64,000 nucleotides of DNA from Eledone cirrhosa (taxonomy: Eukaryota). A model generated the notes under the pieces. That model was not told where the DNA came from. It did no database searches and saw only the letters and a program-made list of their open reading frames with translations. The stretch lies in assembly GCA_964016885.1 (NCBI GenBank), contig OZ024740.1:293136001-293200000 (forward strand), in the 5' to 3' direction. Below, one piece after another: positions 12,826 to 26,889 of this stretch; position 1 is the first letter of the stretch; every line of letters starts with the position of its first letter. Both the position numbers and the translations under genes were made by a program.

Positions 12826-13016
12826 GCGGTGGATTGGCAGTATCGGTAGAGGTTGGACACCATGCTTTGACGCATTGAGTTACGGCCCTTGCCATTCTGA
12901 GTTCAAATCCCTCCGAGGTTAACTTTGCCTTTCATCCTTACGGGGTCGATAAACTAAAGTACCAGTAATACACTGGGGTAATAGCTGGCCTTGTGCCAAA
13001 GGTAGAAATAATTATT
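12826..13016 (+). mobile_element. Full-length tRNA-SINE
   Basis: gcggtggattggcagtatcgg...gagttcaaatcc...gtagaaataattatt. Confidence 0.9.
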
Positions 13017-13019
13017 ATT

Positions 13020-14370
13020 TATTTCGTTTCTGAATTTGTTTAGCAAGATTCTTTATCTGAAATCGTGTGTTGAAACCGATATTGTTATACTTTGTGAAAG
13101 TGAAATTGAAGTGAAAGCAACTGGTGCGTGTGTTTCTTATTGGCAACATGACCCTCCCAAAGTATAAAAAGCATGTGCAACCCCGAAGAACTAGAGAGAC
13201 ACATACAACACTTCATCCACCGTATGCAGTTCTCTGGCTACAATCAGAGAGATAAAATCAGAGTGTATAGAGGAGCCAGAACCAAATGGGAAAAAATGGT
13301 AAATAATGACATAAATGGGACCTGCCCCTTGTATAGGAGCAAATTTTGGAATAGAATAGAAAGAACTAGGAACAAGGCTAATAGAATAAACTCATGGTAT
13401 GATAGCAATAAATACCACAGTGTAATGTTCATCGATACAACCCCTAGAGGTGAATTAGCTTACAAATTTAGAAGGGCCCTAGATAAACATAAACTCAATA
13501 TTAAGATAGTAGAAAGACCAGGTACCTCCATAAAAACACTTATTAGCAAGACATACCCTTTTCAAAGACCCTCATGTATAGATAAGAAATGTATAACCTG
13601 TAAAATAAGCCCCCATATTAACTGTAAAACTAGAAATGTAGTGTATAGCATAAGATGTACTGAAGGACAATGTAGAGACAAAAATATAGTGTACATAGGT
13701 GAGACAGCTCGTAGTGTAGGGGAACGGATAAATGAACACTGGCGAGACCTTCAAGATAGTAAAGAATCATCTGTACTCTACCAACATGCTAAAATAGAAC
13801 ACAGGGGTAAATTAGAGAACATAGAAATAAAAATAGAATCTACCACAGAAAAGACGCAATGTTTAGACAAATCACAGAGGCAATAAACATAAAAGAATTA
13901 CAACCAAAATTAAATAGAAAATATGAGTGGAACAGCAACATCACAACTTACAATTAAGGACAAAATGAAAACACACACACACATAGAACAAACAACCAAC
14001 CAGTAACATGTAAATAAACAAATAAATGAATGAACATAAACACACATAAACACCCGGATGTGGCGCATGCGCAGACTGAGCACACAACACACACACAGAA
14101 ACAAAATGGCGTAGGACAGAACAAAGGAGAGGCACAAAAACAAAGAAAGGAATCCCCAGTCACTGAAGAGGTCACAGAGTGTGTGATGAAAGAACTATGA
14201 CAATATATAAACAACTATCTGGTTGTGGAACCAACCAACCAACCAGAAATTTATAAATTTATAAATTTATTATAAATTTATTATAAATTTATTATAATAA
14301 ATTGAAGTGAAAGCAACTGGTGCGTGTGTTTCTTATTGGCAACAAGACCCTCCCAAAATATAACAATTAT
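13020..14370 (+). mobile_element. 5'-truncated PLE (F1 parent): inverted tail, RT-thumb/GIY-YIG ORF, pseudo-LTR with HHR 14159-14201
   Basis: ORF 13173-13886 with C-x4-C-x2-C linker, NVVYSIRC...VYIGETARSVGERINEH; frameshift near the C-terminus; ends on (TA)n. Confidence 0.9.
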
Positions 14371-14384
14371 TATTTATCTCTCTA

Positions 14385-14459
<75 letters not shown>

Positions 14460-14556
14460 TATTTGTGTTAGTCTTATATCTATTTCATCCGTGATTATAT
14501 CAATCTACTGTAAAACTCATTCTTTGATATACTCATTGAATCTTGTTTAACTCTTT

Positions 14557-14611
<55 letters not shown>

Positions 14612-14617
<6 letters not shown>

Positions 14618-14930
14618 GTAATAATATTGCCAGAATTAATAACAGAACACACTCACTGTTTGGTTGGTTTTCGCTTCTGTGTCTTTTATATCGGTTAATT
14701 TAATTTATTCGGTCCTCAATGTTACCATTGACTGATCAACGGTCAAAAATACACATACAATATAGGTGTTTGTGTCTATGTTGTATCTGTATTTTTGACC
14801 GTTGGTCAGTCAATGGTAACATTGAGGACCGAATAAATTAAATTAACCGATATAAAAGACACAGAAGCGAAAACCAACCAAACAGTGAGTGTGTTCTGTT
14901 ATTAATTCTTGCAATATTATTACACAAATA
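14612..14930. repeat. Palindromic insertion of an F1-related pseudo-LTR end between (TA)n tracts
   Basis: About 148-bp arms; related to 3030-3160 and 3430-3570. Confidence 0.75.
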
Positions 14931-14944
14931 TATATATATATATA

Positions 14945-17931
14945 TTAAAGAGTTAAACAAGATTCAATGAGTATATCAAAGAATGAGTTTTACAGTAGAT
15001 TGATATAACCATGGATGAAATAGATATAACCACGGATGAAATAGATATAATACTAACAGCCAGAAGAACTCTTATTAACTTCAACAACGAATATTGGACC
15101 CGCTCAGATAGAGATATAAACTTTGATATCACTATGGGGGCATCCAATTCCGCGCAAATCACAGATCTTCTGGGAATTTTCATATTAAATATGATAAATA
15201 GAAAACTGCCGGAGATTACCGGTGGTTTATATAGGGACGATATTTTATTTACGGTGGTCAAACACAACAATATAGAACTAAATAGAGTCAAGAAAAGTAT
15301 AATAGAATTCTTTAAAATGTACGACCTTAAGTTAGAAGTAGAAAATGGTACCAAAATAGTTAATTTCCTAGACGTTACCTTTAACTTAAACATAGTTTAA
15401 GTTTTCATAAGCCCAATGAAAACTTAAACTGTTAGTAACCATTCCAATCACCCTAAATCTGTAAAAAAAAAAGCTATAGTAAATAGTGTGCAAAAACGAA
15501 TTAATAAAATATCAGCCAATAAAGCTATATTCGATGAAAACGCTGAATACTACAACAACGCATTAAAAAGAGCAGGATATATGAATAATATAGAATATCT
15601 AGATAATAATAATCCAAGTATTAATCTTAATAAAAATAATAACATATATAAGAGAAACTCTAATAATTATAATTCAAACACCCATACGCCAAATAAATCG
15701 AGGATAAGAACTAGAACTAAATCAGTCATATGGTTCGCCCCCCCCCCTGCTTCGGTCGCAGTTAAAACACCAATTGCAAAATTATTCTTTAACGCTTTGG
15801 ACACCTCTTTCCCTACTCAACATAAATACCATTCCATTTTTAATAGACATACCATTAAATTCTCGTATTCTACAACTATGAACATGGCCCAAAACATTGC
15901 CAAATTAAACACTAAAATCCTAAAACAAAACCAGCATAATGATCTTAATAATAGTGTTAACATAAATGATACTAAACCAAAATGTAATTGTAGAAATAAA
16001 ACTGATTGCCCTTTGCAAAATAATTGTCTAGATAGTAATTTGGTTTATAAATGAACCGTAAAAACTGATCACAACACATACAACTACATAGGATGGACTT
16101 CTACATTTAAAGCCAGATTTGCGAACCATAAATGCTCATTCTCGAACTCCAAGAGGAAATCATCTACGTCTTTATCACAGTTCATATCGTCATTAAAAGA
16201 GAGGAATTTAAAATACTCCATTCTTTGGACAAAACTTCGGAACTGTGGAATTTACCGCAACTCTAGTATATCAAATAACTGCGCGCTCTGTACAATGGAG
16301 ACCCTGTTGATTATTAATAACTATGAGAACCTAATTAACAAAAAAAGTTAATTATTCTCTAGTTGCCTCCATAAAGCTGCGACCACATTCTTAGCCTCCC
16401 ACAAAACGAGAAAAAAAAGAGAGAGAAACACTAAACCATTAAAAATTTGGTTGTCAGACGTATATAATCAACAGGGAAAAACATTAATGGTCTTTAATAT
16501 TGCATTATCTTATAACTATCTATAGAAGAAATAACATGCCGGAACATTGATATACATAACATAATATTATTAACTTTGATCCATACCATTATTTCTTTAT
16601 TTCTCTATCTTTATCTGCCTATCTAAGTTTTAAATTTTAGTTTAATATCCAACCCATACATTTTTACGGAACTTATTTCTAACTGTGAATCTTTCATGTG
16701 TTTTTGATCTCTTATTTATAATATGTATGTAATTATATTTTCTATGTTTTTAAATATACCTACCGCATTTTTATATCCATGATTCAAATATAGAGCAAAT
16801 ATACAAACTATAAATTATTATAGACCTTATTTTGAACTCTGAATTATCCATGCATTTATTATTGTTTTTCTTATATATATTTAACTTATATGTATTTAAC
16901 TGTAACACGTCGAACTTTATTATATAAAATTATAACCGTTATCATTTACCTAAAGTATACTGTATCACTAATACGTAATATATATCCATATATACCTCCC
17001 TGTATCTTTCTATACATAATTTTTAGTTAACTTCTAAATTTCTTGATTATTATTTATTTGAACTATGAATAATTAATGCATTTACACCCTGTTATATATA
17101 GGTATATATTTAACTTTAGCATGCCTCAATCTATTATTTTATTTTTATTTTCGTTATCATTTACCTAAAATATACTGGCTCATTAATATATATGTATATA
17201 CATAATCGTTATTTAAATATTTCTAACAATAAGTACTTCATAAGCTTTACATACCGAATATGTTGACAATGATTATCTTCGTTAAAGTTTACATTTAGGA
17301 AAATATTCAACAGTGTAAACTTTCAGTTCCGCTGGCCAGCTAAGTCCTTTAAATGTTATCCTCATAAAATTCAGAAGTTTAGAAATGTTAACACACTTAT
17401 AGAATTTACAAAACTAATAAATATAAATAACCAGCAATTTTTAAAAAGACCTAAAATCTTGATTCTTCACCCTAAAATAGCATAAATTAAATATTTTCAA
17501 ACTTAACCGTTTAACTTTAGGAAAAAATCTCCTTCTGCATATATTAACCCCCTTATCTTTCCCTCTCTATAAATCCTATTCCAGTGGCTCTCATTGACTG
17601 TTATAACTCATGAGATGTTTTCCTAGATAAATATAAATTGTAGTATCATACATTTTAAAATTTCTATAACTGTTACATTAAGCAACGTTTTTCTTACTCA
17701 CACATTCTCTATTGAATTTATTACGTTTTCGCATTTTCTCATTATTAGGGTATACATTTTAAATTTTCTCTTAGGTTAATCACTACCTTGATTAAATCTT
17801 AACCATTTAACATCTCAGGGTATGTCATGTATCATTATATTTTGTCTGATGAGGATGTACTGTTGTACATCCGAAATATGTATAATAAAATGTAATTGAT
17901 CAAAAGAACATCTATTTTATTAATATTTGTA

Positions 17932-17937
<6 letters not shown>
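14945..17937 (+). mobile_element. 5'-truncated, disabled PLE (RT, Cys linker, GIY-YIG, 1.5-kb 3'UTR, HHR)
   Basis: FDITMGASNSAQITDLLG, GGLYRDD, VNFLDVTFNL, CNCRNKTDCPLQNNC, YIGWTS; homologous to the 61343-63726 ORF. Confidence 0.92.
17834..17896 (+). ncRNA. Canonical type I hammerhead ribozyme at the PLE 3' end
   Basis: attatattttgt CTGATGA ggatgtac-tgtt-gtacatcc GAAA tatgta TA ataaaatgtaat. Confidence 0.9.
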
Positions 17938-17989
<52 letters not shown>

Positions 17990-18000
<11 letters not shown>

Positions 18001-19291
18001 ATGTCTGTCTGTGTGTGTCTGTCTGTGTGTGTGTGTGCGTGTGTGTGTCTGTTCCGCAGCAACTTTTGATCCGCAAGGCAGATTTTCAAATTTTTTTGTA
18101 ATCAACCACAAACTTATCAGAGTAGGTCGTCACGACATTGTGAATGATCGACCCCCCCCCCCTTTGCCCAGGTAAAATATCGATAAAACTGACTATAAAA
18201 CTGACTTAGCACAGAAAAAATCTCTATATCTATAAAAATGAAAAAGAAAGAGTGAGAGTGAAAAAAACAGACAGTCTAAAAGAGGGGGATAGCGAGAGAG
18301 AGAGAGAGCGACAGACGCTGTGTTTGATACATGACAGTGGAAGAGGGGAAGGAATGCTATAACTAATTAACATGTGTGCGTGTGTGTGTGTGCGTCCGCG
18401 TGTGTGTGGGTGTTCGTGCAGCGTTCCAGTAAGAGTTAAATCTATTAAGCGAGGATAATACGCCGTTATGTGGACCGAGAAGAATAATTTCATGCAAAGA
18501 CGAGACCAAGTTTATGGTGTAAATGGAGTCGTTAGACTAATATTCTATTTAAAATAACCGAATGATTTCCAGCCCCGGAGTTTAAGAATGATGTAAATAA
18601 AATTGTAAACGAATATTACAGAGGTTATTAAAATAGTTGTTTCTACTTTTGGCTCAAGGCCAGCAATTATTCCAGTATATTACTGGTACTTTATTTTATC
18701 GACCTCGTATGGATGAAAGGCAAAGTTAACCTCGACGGGATTTAAGTTTGCCTTAAAATAGTAAAAGTAAATAGTGAAGATTTAGGCCAGTACATACGCC
18801 GACGGACATACACATACATATACATACGCACACACAAACACACACACGCGCACGTGTGTGTATACCTTATGCATTTCTACAGTATTTTCACCAAACTTAA
18901 GACATAGGTTACTTATGTACTCCGGATGGTCATGGGCACTTTCATTTTTCCAGATATTGATTAAAGGGCCTCCCGGCAGATAACCCCCTCTAACCACTTC
19001 CTTGGAGTCGATTGAAGCACTGCAGTGCAATGCAACAAAACGTCATAACTTCTGGAGTTCGCAACCGATTTTCAAAAACTTCACACAAGGGCTACATTTG
19101 TTCTACAGATGAATGTGAACTCTCAGAACTGGCACATATTGAGTAGGGGACCCCTGGGGACGGGAACCCCCTTTTGGAAAAAGCCGATGATTTTGTAAAA
19201 GTATAGTTTTCGAAGCGGCACTGAAGTATTGACATGAATAGTATACATAACTGCTATTTAATAGCCGAACAACGCCGGGTACCTCTGCTAA
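17990..19291 (+). mobile_element. Non-autonomous Helitron-like element with nested SINE (18633-18745)
   Basis: 5' ...aaaatgtctgtctgtgtgt (similar start at 1123-1200); 3' aacgccgggtacctctgCTAAt, similar to the 8395 end. Confidence 0.5.
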
Positions 19292-19321
19292 TATATATAT
19301 ATTATATATATATATATATAT

Positions 19322-19700
19322 AGTAATAATAATAAATTTGAAGACTAAAATCCAAAGAGGGCTCGATAAGGATAAATATATATCAAATATATAAGAACCG
19401 TAGAGCAAATATTTATTAAAATAACAGATTAAAGTTTAAGCAAAGAATCGCTGCTTTCACCCTTAACGAGATCTTCTGAAACTAACAAAGTCAATCTGTA
19501 AACGCAGAACTGGATATTTCAAAAAACGTTGCAACCGGAGGAAGACAGGAAGACGATACTTTGGTTCGTGGAAAAGTTCGCTGGCAAAGAACGGGAAAAA
19601 ACGAATAATACGTCATTAATAGGAGCGGTGAAAAACAATTACGCGCAAAGACAGAACCACGTTGATGGTATAAACGTGGTTCTGTCTTTGCGCGTATTAG
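19322..19700 (-). mobile_element. Family F3 pseudo-LTR-like repeat with HHR-like motif (19431-19484) and small 5' fold-back
   Basis: Matches 25682-25850; hairpin at 19648-19696. Confidence 0.7.
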
Positions 19701-19752
19701 TTGATTTATTTATTAATTAACAATTTATTTATTTATATTTTTAATAATTGTC

Positions 19753-19804
19753 TATTCGAAGCGTCTCCTTTGTTCTGCCATACACCATCTGATTTTGTGA
19801 GCAG

Positions 19805-19856
<52 letters not shown>

Positions 19857-20060
19857 CTGCTCACAAAACCAGATGGTGTATGGCAGAACAAAGGAGACAC
19901 AAAATAACAATAAAGGTAGTTACTGAGGAGGTTACAGCATGAATGTCGAAAGAGCTTTGACTAGCAACAAATAAAGAGTCAATCGATTATTAAACTAACC
20001 GACTGAACTTTATAATAAATTGAATGAAAACCAAATGCGTCTATTTTTATTGGCATCATA
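19753..20060 (+). mobile_element. F1-related pseudo-LTR with HHR (19917-19963); 5' end mirrored across a (TA)n tract
   Basis: tagtta CTGAGGA...c GAAA gagc TT tgacta; 19763-19806 is the reverse complement of 19854-19898. Confidence 0.65.
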
Positions 20061-20273
20061 CATTTAGTCACTTCAATATCAATAACTGTAAGGAAAGTTG
20101 ACATATCGGTCTCCTGGTTTCAGTCTCCAAGAGAATTTTACCTGATTGTATTCAACTATCTTCTATAGTTATCAACTATTATTATAGTTAACGGCATTGT
20201 CGAGACTATATTTTCGAATTTTAAATTCCAAATTATCAAATCACCTAAGTAATCTTTATTTATACACAAACTT

Positions 20274-20369
<96 letters not shown>

Positions 20370-20434
20370 TAAGAATAAAGGAACAAAGAGTCCGTGCTGC
20401 ATCATAACGGATGCAATTTTCTTGCACCTATACT

Positions 20435-20471
<37 letters not shown>

Positions 20472-20509
20472 AATAGTAGAAAGGAGAAAGATTTTTTCTG
20501 TAGACAATG

Positions 20510-20575
<66 letters not shown>

Positions 20576-21254
20576 GTGTGTGTGAGTGTATTGTGTGTGT
20601 GTGTGGATGATACGACACATATCTGATTAATTTCTCCTCTGGCTATTGAAAAGGTTTACGCTTAACCATCGGGCTCCCCATCTAGTGATAATGGGTTTTG
20701 ATTTATGCACAAGGCACAAGGCCAACATTTTAAGAGGAAAGTCGATAAAATCAACACCTATGCGTCACTGGTACTTTATTTTATGGACTCCGTAAGGATG
20801 AAAGGCAACGGTAACCTCGACGGAATTGGAACTCTTAATGTAAATGTCCTTAACTCTATGTCGTAAAGCATGTTATCCGACGCTCTACCGAATCTTCCAA
20901 TCTACAAACCTTTATTAGCCACGCAGAGTTCACATTAAAATAACATCAAGGACGGCACATAATGGTACAGGAAGACACAGGGTGATACAATGCGGGTTTT
21001 AGCGTGTAATTTTTTTTTTTTTTAAAGAAAGAAACAAAGAAAAGCATGTAAATAATTTTAACAAAATATGTTCTGCCATTATCTAGCGTGGCACCATTAG
21101 TGTTGGCTTCCCGCCTTCAAGCTGTATGAACGTCTACGCTTGCGCAACTCTGTGTCTTTGTCTGTCTTCTTGTATTAATGGAAATATTTCTTTTCTATTT
21201 TTATTCGGGATGTCCGAAAAGTTCTGTTGTGTTGTTGGCGTTATTAATATTTTA

Positions 21255-21440
21255 TTGGCAGTATCAGTAAAGGGTCGGACGTCATGCTTCGCAGCATAGA
21301 ATTACGTCCCTTTACAGTCTGGGTTCAAATCCCACCGAGGTTAACTTTGCCTTTCATCCTTACGGGGGTCAATAAAATAAAGTACCAGTAATGCACTGGG
21401 ATAATTGCTGGCCTTGTGCCCAAAATAGAAACAGTTATTA
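21255..21440 (+). mobile_element. tRNA-SINE
   Basis: Family match. Confidence 0.85.
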
Positions 21441-21487
21441 ATATTTTCATTTGGCTTATTGCCGTTGTTGTTAATTTTTTTTTTTTC

Positions 21488-21699
21488 ACTGTTGTTGTGG
21501 TTACTGTTCCTGTTGTCGTTACTGTTGCTTATGTCATTGTTGTTGTTACTATTGCTTTTGTCACTGCTGTTGTTACTATTGTTGCTTTTGTCACTATTGT
21601 CGTCGTTGTTAGTGTTGTTGCTTTTGTCATTGCTTTTGTTGCTGTTGTTGCTACTGTCGTTTTTGCTGTTACTGTTGCTTTTGTTATTGTTGTTTTTGT

Positions 21700-21753
<54 letters not shown>

Positions 21754-22159
21754 CTTTGTCACTACTGTTGTTGCTGTTGCTTATATCACTGCTGTGGTCG
21801 TTGCTGCTGCTACTGTTGCCGTTGGTGTTGTTTTTGTTGTGTATTTTTGCTATTATTTATATCATTGTTTTTGTTCTTTTGGTGGTGTTTCTGGTTATGG
21901 TGGTGTTGATGATGATATTGGTGGTAGTGCAGTTGGTTTTGCCTGTGCTCACTGTTATGTTGGTGGGGCGGCGGCGGTGATTACGGCGGGAGGCCGTGGC
22001 AGCAGCGGTAAATCAAGTTCATTCAAACATTCTGCTGCACGTTGTCGCTGCTGTTATTGCTGTTGATGTTTGTACTGTTACTGCTGCTACTGTTGCTGCT
22101 ACTGTTGCTGCTACTGTTGCTGCTACTGTTGCTGATGCTGCTACTGTTGCTGATGATGT

Positions 22160-22194
<35 letters not shown>

Positions 22195-22240
22195 TTGGCA
22201 GTGGCTGTAGTGGCGGTGATGAAACTGGTGTCGCTGTTGG
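21488..22240. repeat. Degenerate (GTT)/(GCT) trinucleotide low-complexity tract
   Basis: Seen directly; explains the poly-V, poly-A and poly-L ORFs. Confidence 0.9.
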
Positions 22241-22293
22241 ACAGCGGATGAAACCTCTTCGGACACACACACGGACACACACACACATACACA

Positions 22294-22377
<84 letters not shown>

Positions 22378-22385
22378 AATATATA

Positions 22386-22595
22386 TAGGACCCCGACGGC
22401 TGAGCTCAAGCCATTTCGACGGCTAATTCTGGACTAAATGAAAATTAATTTTCATTTAGTCCAGAATTAGCGGTCGAAACGGCTTGAGCTCAGCCGTCGG
22501 GGTCCTACTCGTTCCTATTACCCACTCTACTACCCTAAGTATTGACTACTTTGGTGCGTTATGGTCCATCTGGTTCCTTACCACATTTCCTTCGT
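22386..22595 (+). mobile_element. F2 fold-back insertion in (TA)n
   Basis: Near-perfect palindrome centred at 22446/22447, then the F2 3' end. Confidence 0.8.
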
Positions 22596-22597
22596 TA

Positions 22598-22648
<51 letters not shown>

Positions 22649-22956
22649 GCTCTGAGGATACAGTGGTCACAGCATTGGCTATTTGAGTTCTGCAAATACT
22701 TGTAAATTTGCACATAGCATAACTAGGCTGTAGTACCACCGTGGAAACATTTGTAAGCACACAGAATAAATTACCTTTTTATGATGTCTACCTGTTATTA
22801 TTCATTCTTTATATACACTCCGGAATACAGAAGGATCAGGAACTAAGTTTCTTCAACAATTCTTCCATAACTCGTAGAGTAACCTCTCACCGTACGTCAA
22901 CCATATCCAGTGTAGTAATTAACCATTACTACATCTTGGGTAATCCTATACCTAAT

Positions 22957-22990
<34 letters not shown>

Positions 22991-24889
22991 GTATATATAC
23001 GTGTGCATCTGTGTGCCAGTGTATGTGTTAGAATAGTATATCTTTAATGTATTGTTCCGAATTCCTTTCAGAAGTACAAATAATTTCCTTTTCTCTCTAG
23101 TGAAATTTTCTAGAAAAGAGACCTGTCCATGCAATATCACTGAATTATCTTCGCAGCTTTGAATTTATCCTACATTTATTGTTCTCAAACAAAACAGATT
23201 TATTCAGTCGTCAACATTTTCCTTCCTTCTGATTTGGGCTCATTATATTAATGGAGTCCCATAAGGGTGGCCGCTTACATTGATAATCACTGAATTGATG
23301 GTTGGCAATAAACAGAAAGGTTTCTTATAAAATGTTATATGTTAACATAAACTCCCAAAATGAGTAAATGTGTTGTATTCTATCAACACAGCTATAATTC
23401 GAATTTATTTGTGATATAATAGTTTGTGTCATTTACACTGTTAAGTTTTATTAGTGCACCGAGCTGAATTCTTCGTCCTGCTAAATTACAAATACGTTTC
23501 CGTTGGTTTTGGATGGTTAGGTCTTCGTTTAAAACTTTATATCCTTTCAGAAGGACATGGGTATCTCTTTCGTCACGTATATGTTATTCTTTATATTACT
23601 GATCACAAGAATTTGTTGACTTATACATTAAAGAGAATCGCAAATGTCATATTTTTCTTAGGGCTTTAGTGAGACGAGTGAACTGAAATTGCTCCAACCA
23701 CAGGAATATCCTACATTAAATATTTTAATGAAAATATATTATAGCCTTAATCAAAATTTCATTAGAGCACATAAACATGAAAAGTTGAAGATTTATTTTT
23801 ATTCGGTGTTCGGTGGAGTCATTTAATTTGCAACACATTATTAATATTGAAAAGTTAGTGGAGTAAAACAGCATGTCAGATATTTACAAACAGGAAAGAG
23901 AATACAAATCATTTATCCACTTTCTATAAGGTAGTGTTGTATTTGAAAGGAAGTTTCATTTTTATGTAGTAGCACCACATTTGTGTGCATATACCTAGGG
24001 TTTAGGATACACATCGATCGAAAACCAAATGGGAACATGTAAGAGTATGCTCACACTATAGAGAAAGAATACTATTCACAAAACGTTCTATACTCGGTTT
24101 ATAAAGTTTATCTCGTGAACATTTCATATGACATTTACTAAAATATTATCTGAAAAGTTGAATATTAAAATCTCACTAACAACTAGCTGCAGTTACTGCT
24201 TTGTATCATTTGTAGTATAAAGATTTTATATAACCGATATTTGTTTTTTTATTACATGACCAAATTTTAGTAGTAGTTCCATCTTCTGTATGCAATAGAA
24301 ATTTGATAACATCAGTTTCATTATTGTGAAGACATTACATTTATACTATGTTGTAGTCCATATATAAAGATCTATGCTTATCTAATATAGACATAATTAC
24401 ATCGTGAAGATGCTTTACTTTCATTAACTTTCGGTGAACATAGATTTGCCGTAGGTCTCATCAGACGATGTTTAACTTTCATTGGGTATTTCGACACTTA
24501 ACCATAACACCCTCTCGCTGGCGGGTCAGCAATTGTGACTTAATCACTGCCCATCTTCTCATCCTGTCTTCCAGGTTATTTCTTCTCACCTGATCTATAG
24601 CCAACAAGAGTCCCTTACTCTGTGAAATGCTACCTTCTCTTTCCCTGTCATTCAAACGGCGAACATTCTCCATACCAGTTGGGCAGGGAATTCTCTGTAG
24701 CCCACCTCGACTGGAAATAGCCATGCTTGCCATCCTTTCTATCTGCACTCCTACTCCTGACACTCTTTTAAGAAGAATAAATGACTGGCGTTTTTTAAGT
24801 GAAACGTAGACAAATTAAATGAGTGAACAGACGGATTTCCGAAAATTAAAACTACGAATGTTCCGCCGCTGTGTTCTAGCTGTTTCACC

Positions 24890-25160
24890 AATCGAATAGC
24901 CTGCTCATGAAATTAACGTGCAAGTGTCTGCTGTTCAGATACATGTACCTTTAATGTGGGTTTCTGAGAGATTCAACCTAACAGAACTTAACAGATTTGG
25001 CCCTTTGAATTATAGGTACGACGTATTTTCTGCCATGAGTCCGCAATGAAGCAACGTGAAATAAAGTACCTCACCCAAGGACCAAACGTGCCATGAGAAA
25101 GCGGGTTCCCGACCATTCGACTATGAGCCAAACACCCTAACCAGTAAGCCACAACCCTTC
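24890..25160 (-). mobile_element. Older SINE of a second family
   Basis: gcaacgtgaaataaagtacctcacccaaggac...accctaaccagtaagccac: reversed tRNA head and CORE-like segment. Confidence 0.55.
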
Positions 25161-25681
25161 ACAAAATTCACGTTAATAACCAAGGTATTAGCAATGATGT
25201 ATAACCAACACCCAAGTGAGAGGCCGAGGAAATATAGTGGAAGTGACTAACAAAATCGAACTCCACACCTTATCGAATAGCAATCTACTATATTTAGGAT
25301 TCCTGGCTATCACGCCATTTCTCGCCTCTCGAACGACCAAGCATTTCATACCAGTGAAACTGTCAGTAATGCAGATGACCTCATAATATTCAGTCATCCC
25401 TGCACTTACCAGATAGCTTACTTCATGATAACTAGTATCATAGATTCTGCTAAATATAATATAATAGTGTAATACAGAGTGGTTAGTTCAGTTAATTGAA
25501 AAATGGAATATTAATCGACGAAACCGGTGCAAGATGTTTTACAGAATATATGTTTTGATGTCATTGCGTTCCATCTTGGGCAATTGTCATTTACCAAAGC
25601 CATAGGTTGACCTACGCCTTGCGGGTGAAATTAGATAGACGGAAACTGCTCGGAAGCCCATCTAATAGATTGTCATTTTAA

Positions 25682-25852
25682 AGAGTTTCAGAAGAACCCG
25701 TTAAGACTGAAAGCAGCGATTCTTTGCTTAAACTTTAATCTGTTATTTTAATAAATATTTGCTCTAGGGTTCTTATATATTTGATATATATTTATCCTTA
25801 TCGAGCCCTCTTTGGAATTTAGTCTTCACATTTATTATTATTAGTACTATAT
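25682..25852 (+). ncRNA. F3 3' end with HHR-like motif (25682-25736), CAGAAGA core
   Basis: agagttt CAGAAGA accc-gttaa-gact GAAA gca-gcgattctt-tgc TT aaacttt; partial copies at 12724, 27420 and 37562. Confidence 0.6.
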
Positions 25853-25859
25853 ATATAGT

Positions 25860-26235
25860 AATAATTGTTTCTACTTTTGGCACAAGGCCAGCAAATATCC
25901 AGTACATTACTGGTACTTTATTTTATCGACCCCGTAAGGATGAAAGGCAAAGTTAACCTCGGCGGGATTTGAACTCAGACTGTAAAGGGACGTAACTATG
26001 CTAGAAAGCATGGCGTCCGACCCTCTACCGATACTGCCAAGGGGCGATGGATTGGCAGTATCGTTAGAGGGTCGGACGCCATGCTTTGACGCAAAGAGTT
26101 ACGGCCCTTTATGGTCTGAGTTCAAATCCCGCCGAGGTTAACTTTGCCTTTCGTCCTTAAGGGGTCGATGAAATAAAGTACCAGTAATGCACTGGGATAA
26201 TTGCTGACCTTGTGCCAAAAGTAGAAATAATTATT
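25860..26235. mobile_element. Head-to-head tRNA-SINE pair
   Basis: Minus copy 25860-26040, plus copy 26041-26235. Confidence 0.85.
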
Positions 26236-26758
26236 ACTATGTACGAAGCCAAATTTTCGGCTTTTTGGTGTATGTGTAATACAATTGTATTCATATAATT
26301 TTTCACAGCTCCATTTCATTGTGCCACTCTGCATATGTGTGTGTAAATGTGAATGTGTATGCCTGTGTTTGTGGGTATCTGATCTGTGACGAATATTCGT
26401 GTATGTGTTTATTTCGATCAAGGTATAGTGATGATGAGACCATGAAAGCAAGAAGAGAGGAAGAACTGGAAGAAATATTTTATTTATTTATCTACTTTAT
26501 ATCGTAGAATATGAATGCAAGTTTCCAATAGCCCAATATGGCTGCAAGTTTCCAATAGCCCAATCATGAGTTCACAGTATTTCTAGCGACGACGTTGACA
26601 AAGGTGTATTTAGCACGAAGCAGCGCAAATGTCATAAAGTTCATCTTTCGTAATTCAGTTTTTCGAATTTTCTCGAAAATATTTATAGCTTTCACAATGG
26701 TATGCCAGTGAAAGCTATGCTCATACAAACACAGACATATTTAAATAAATATATAATG

Positions 26759-26878
<120 letters not shown>

Positions 26879-26889
26879 TCTCTCTCTCT

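Noticed and set aside
21416-22409. Long poly-V, poly-L and poly-A ORFs
   Set aside because: Translations of trinucleotide low-complexity DNA, open in several frames on both strands
24435-24475. CTGATGA-gacc-tac-ggc-AAA on the minus strand
   Set aside because: GAAA and stem III incomplete; at best a decayed HHR
26515-26565. Duplicated 22-mer with CCAAT boxes
   Set aside because: No associated gene or start site; a simple local duplication suffices
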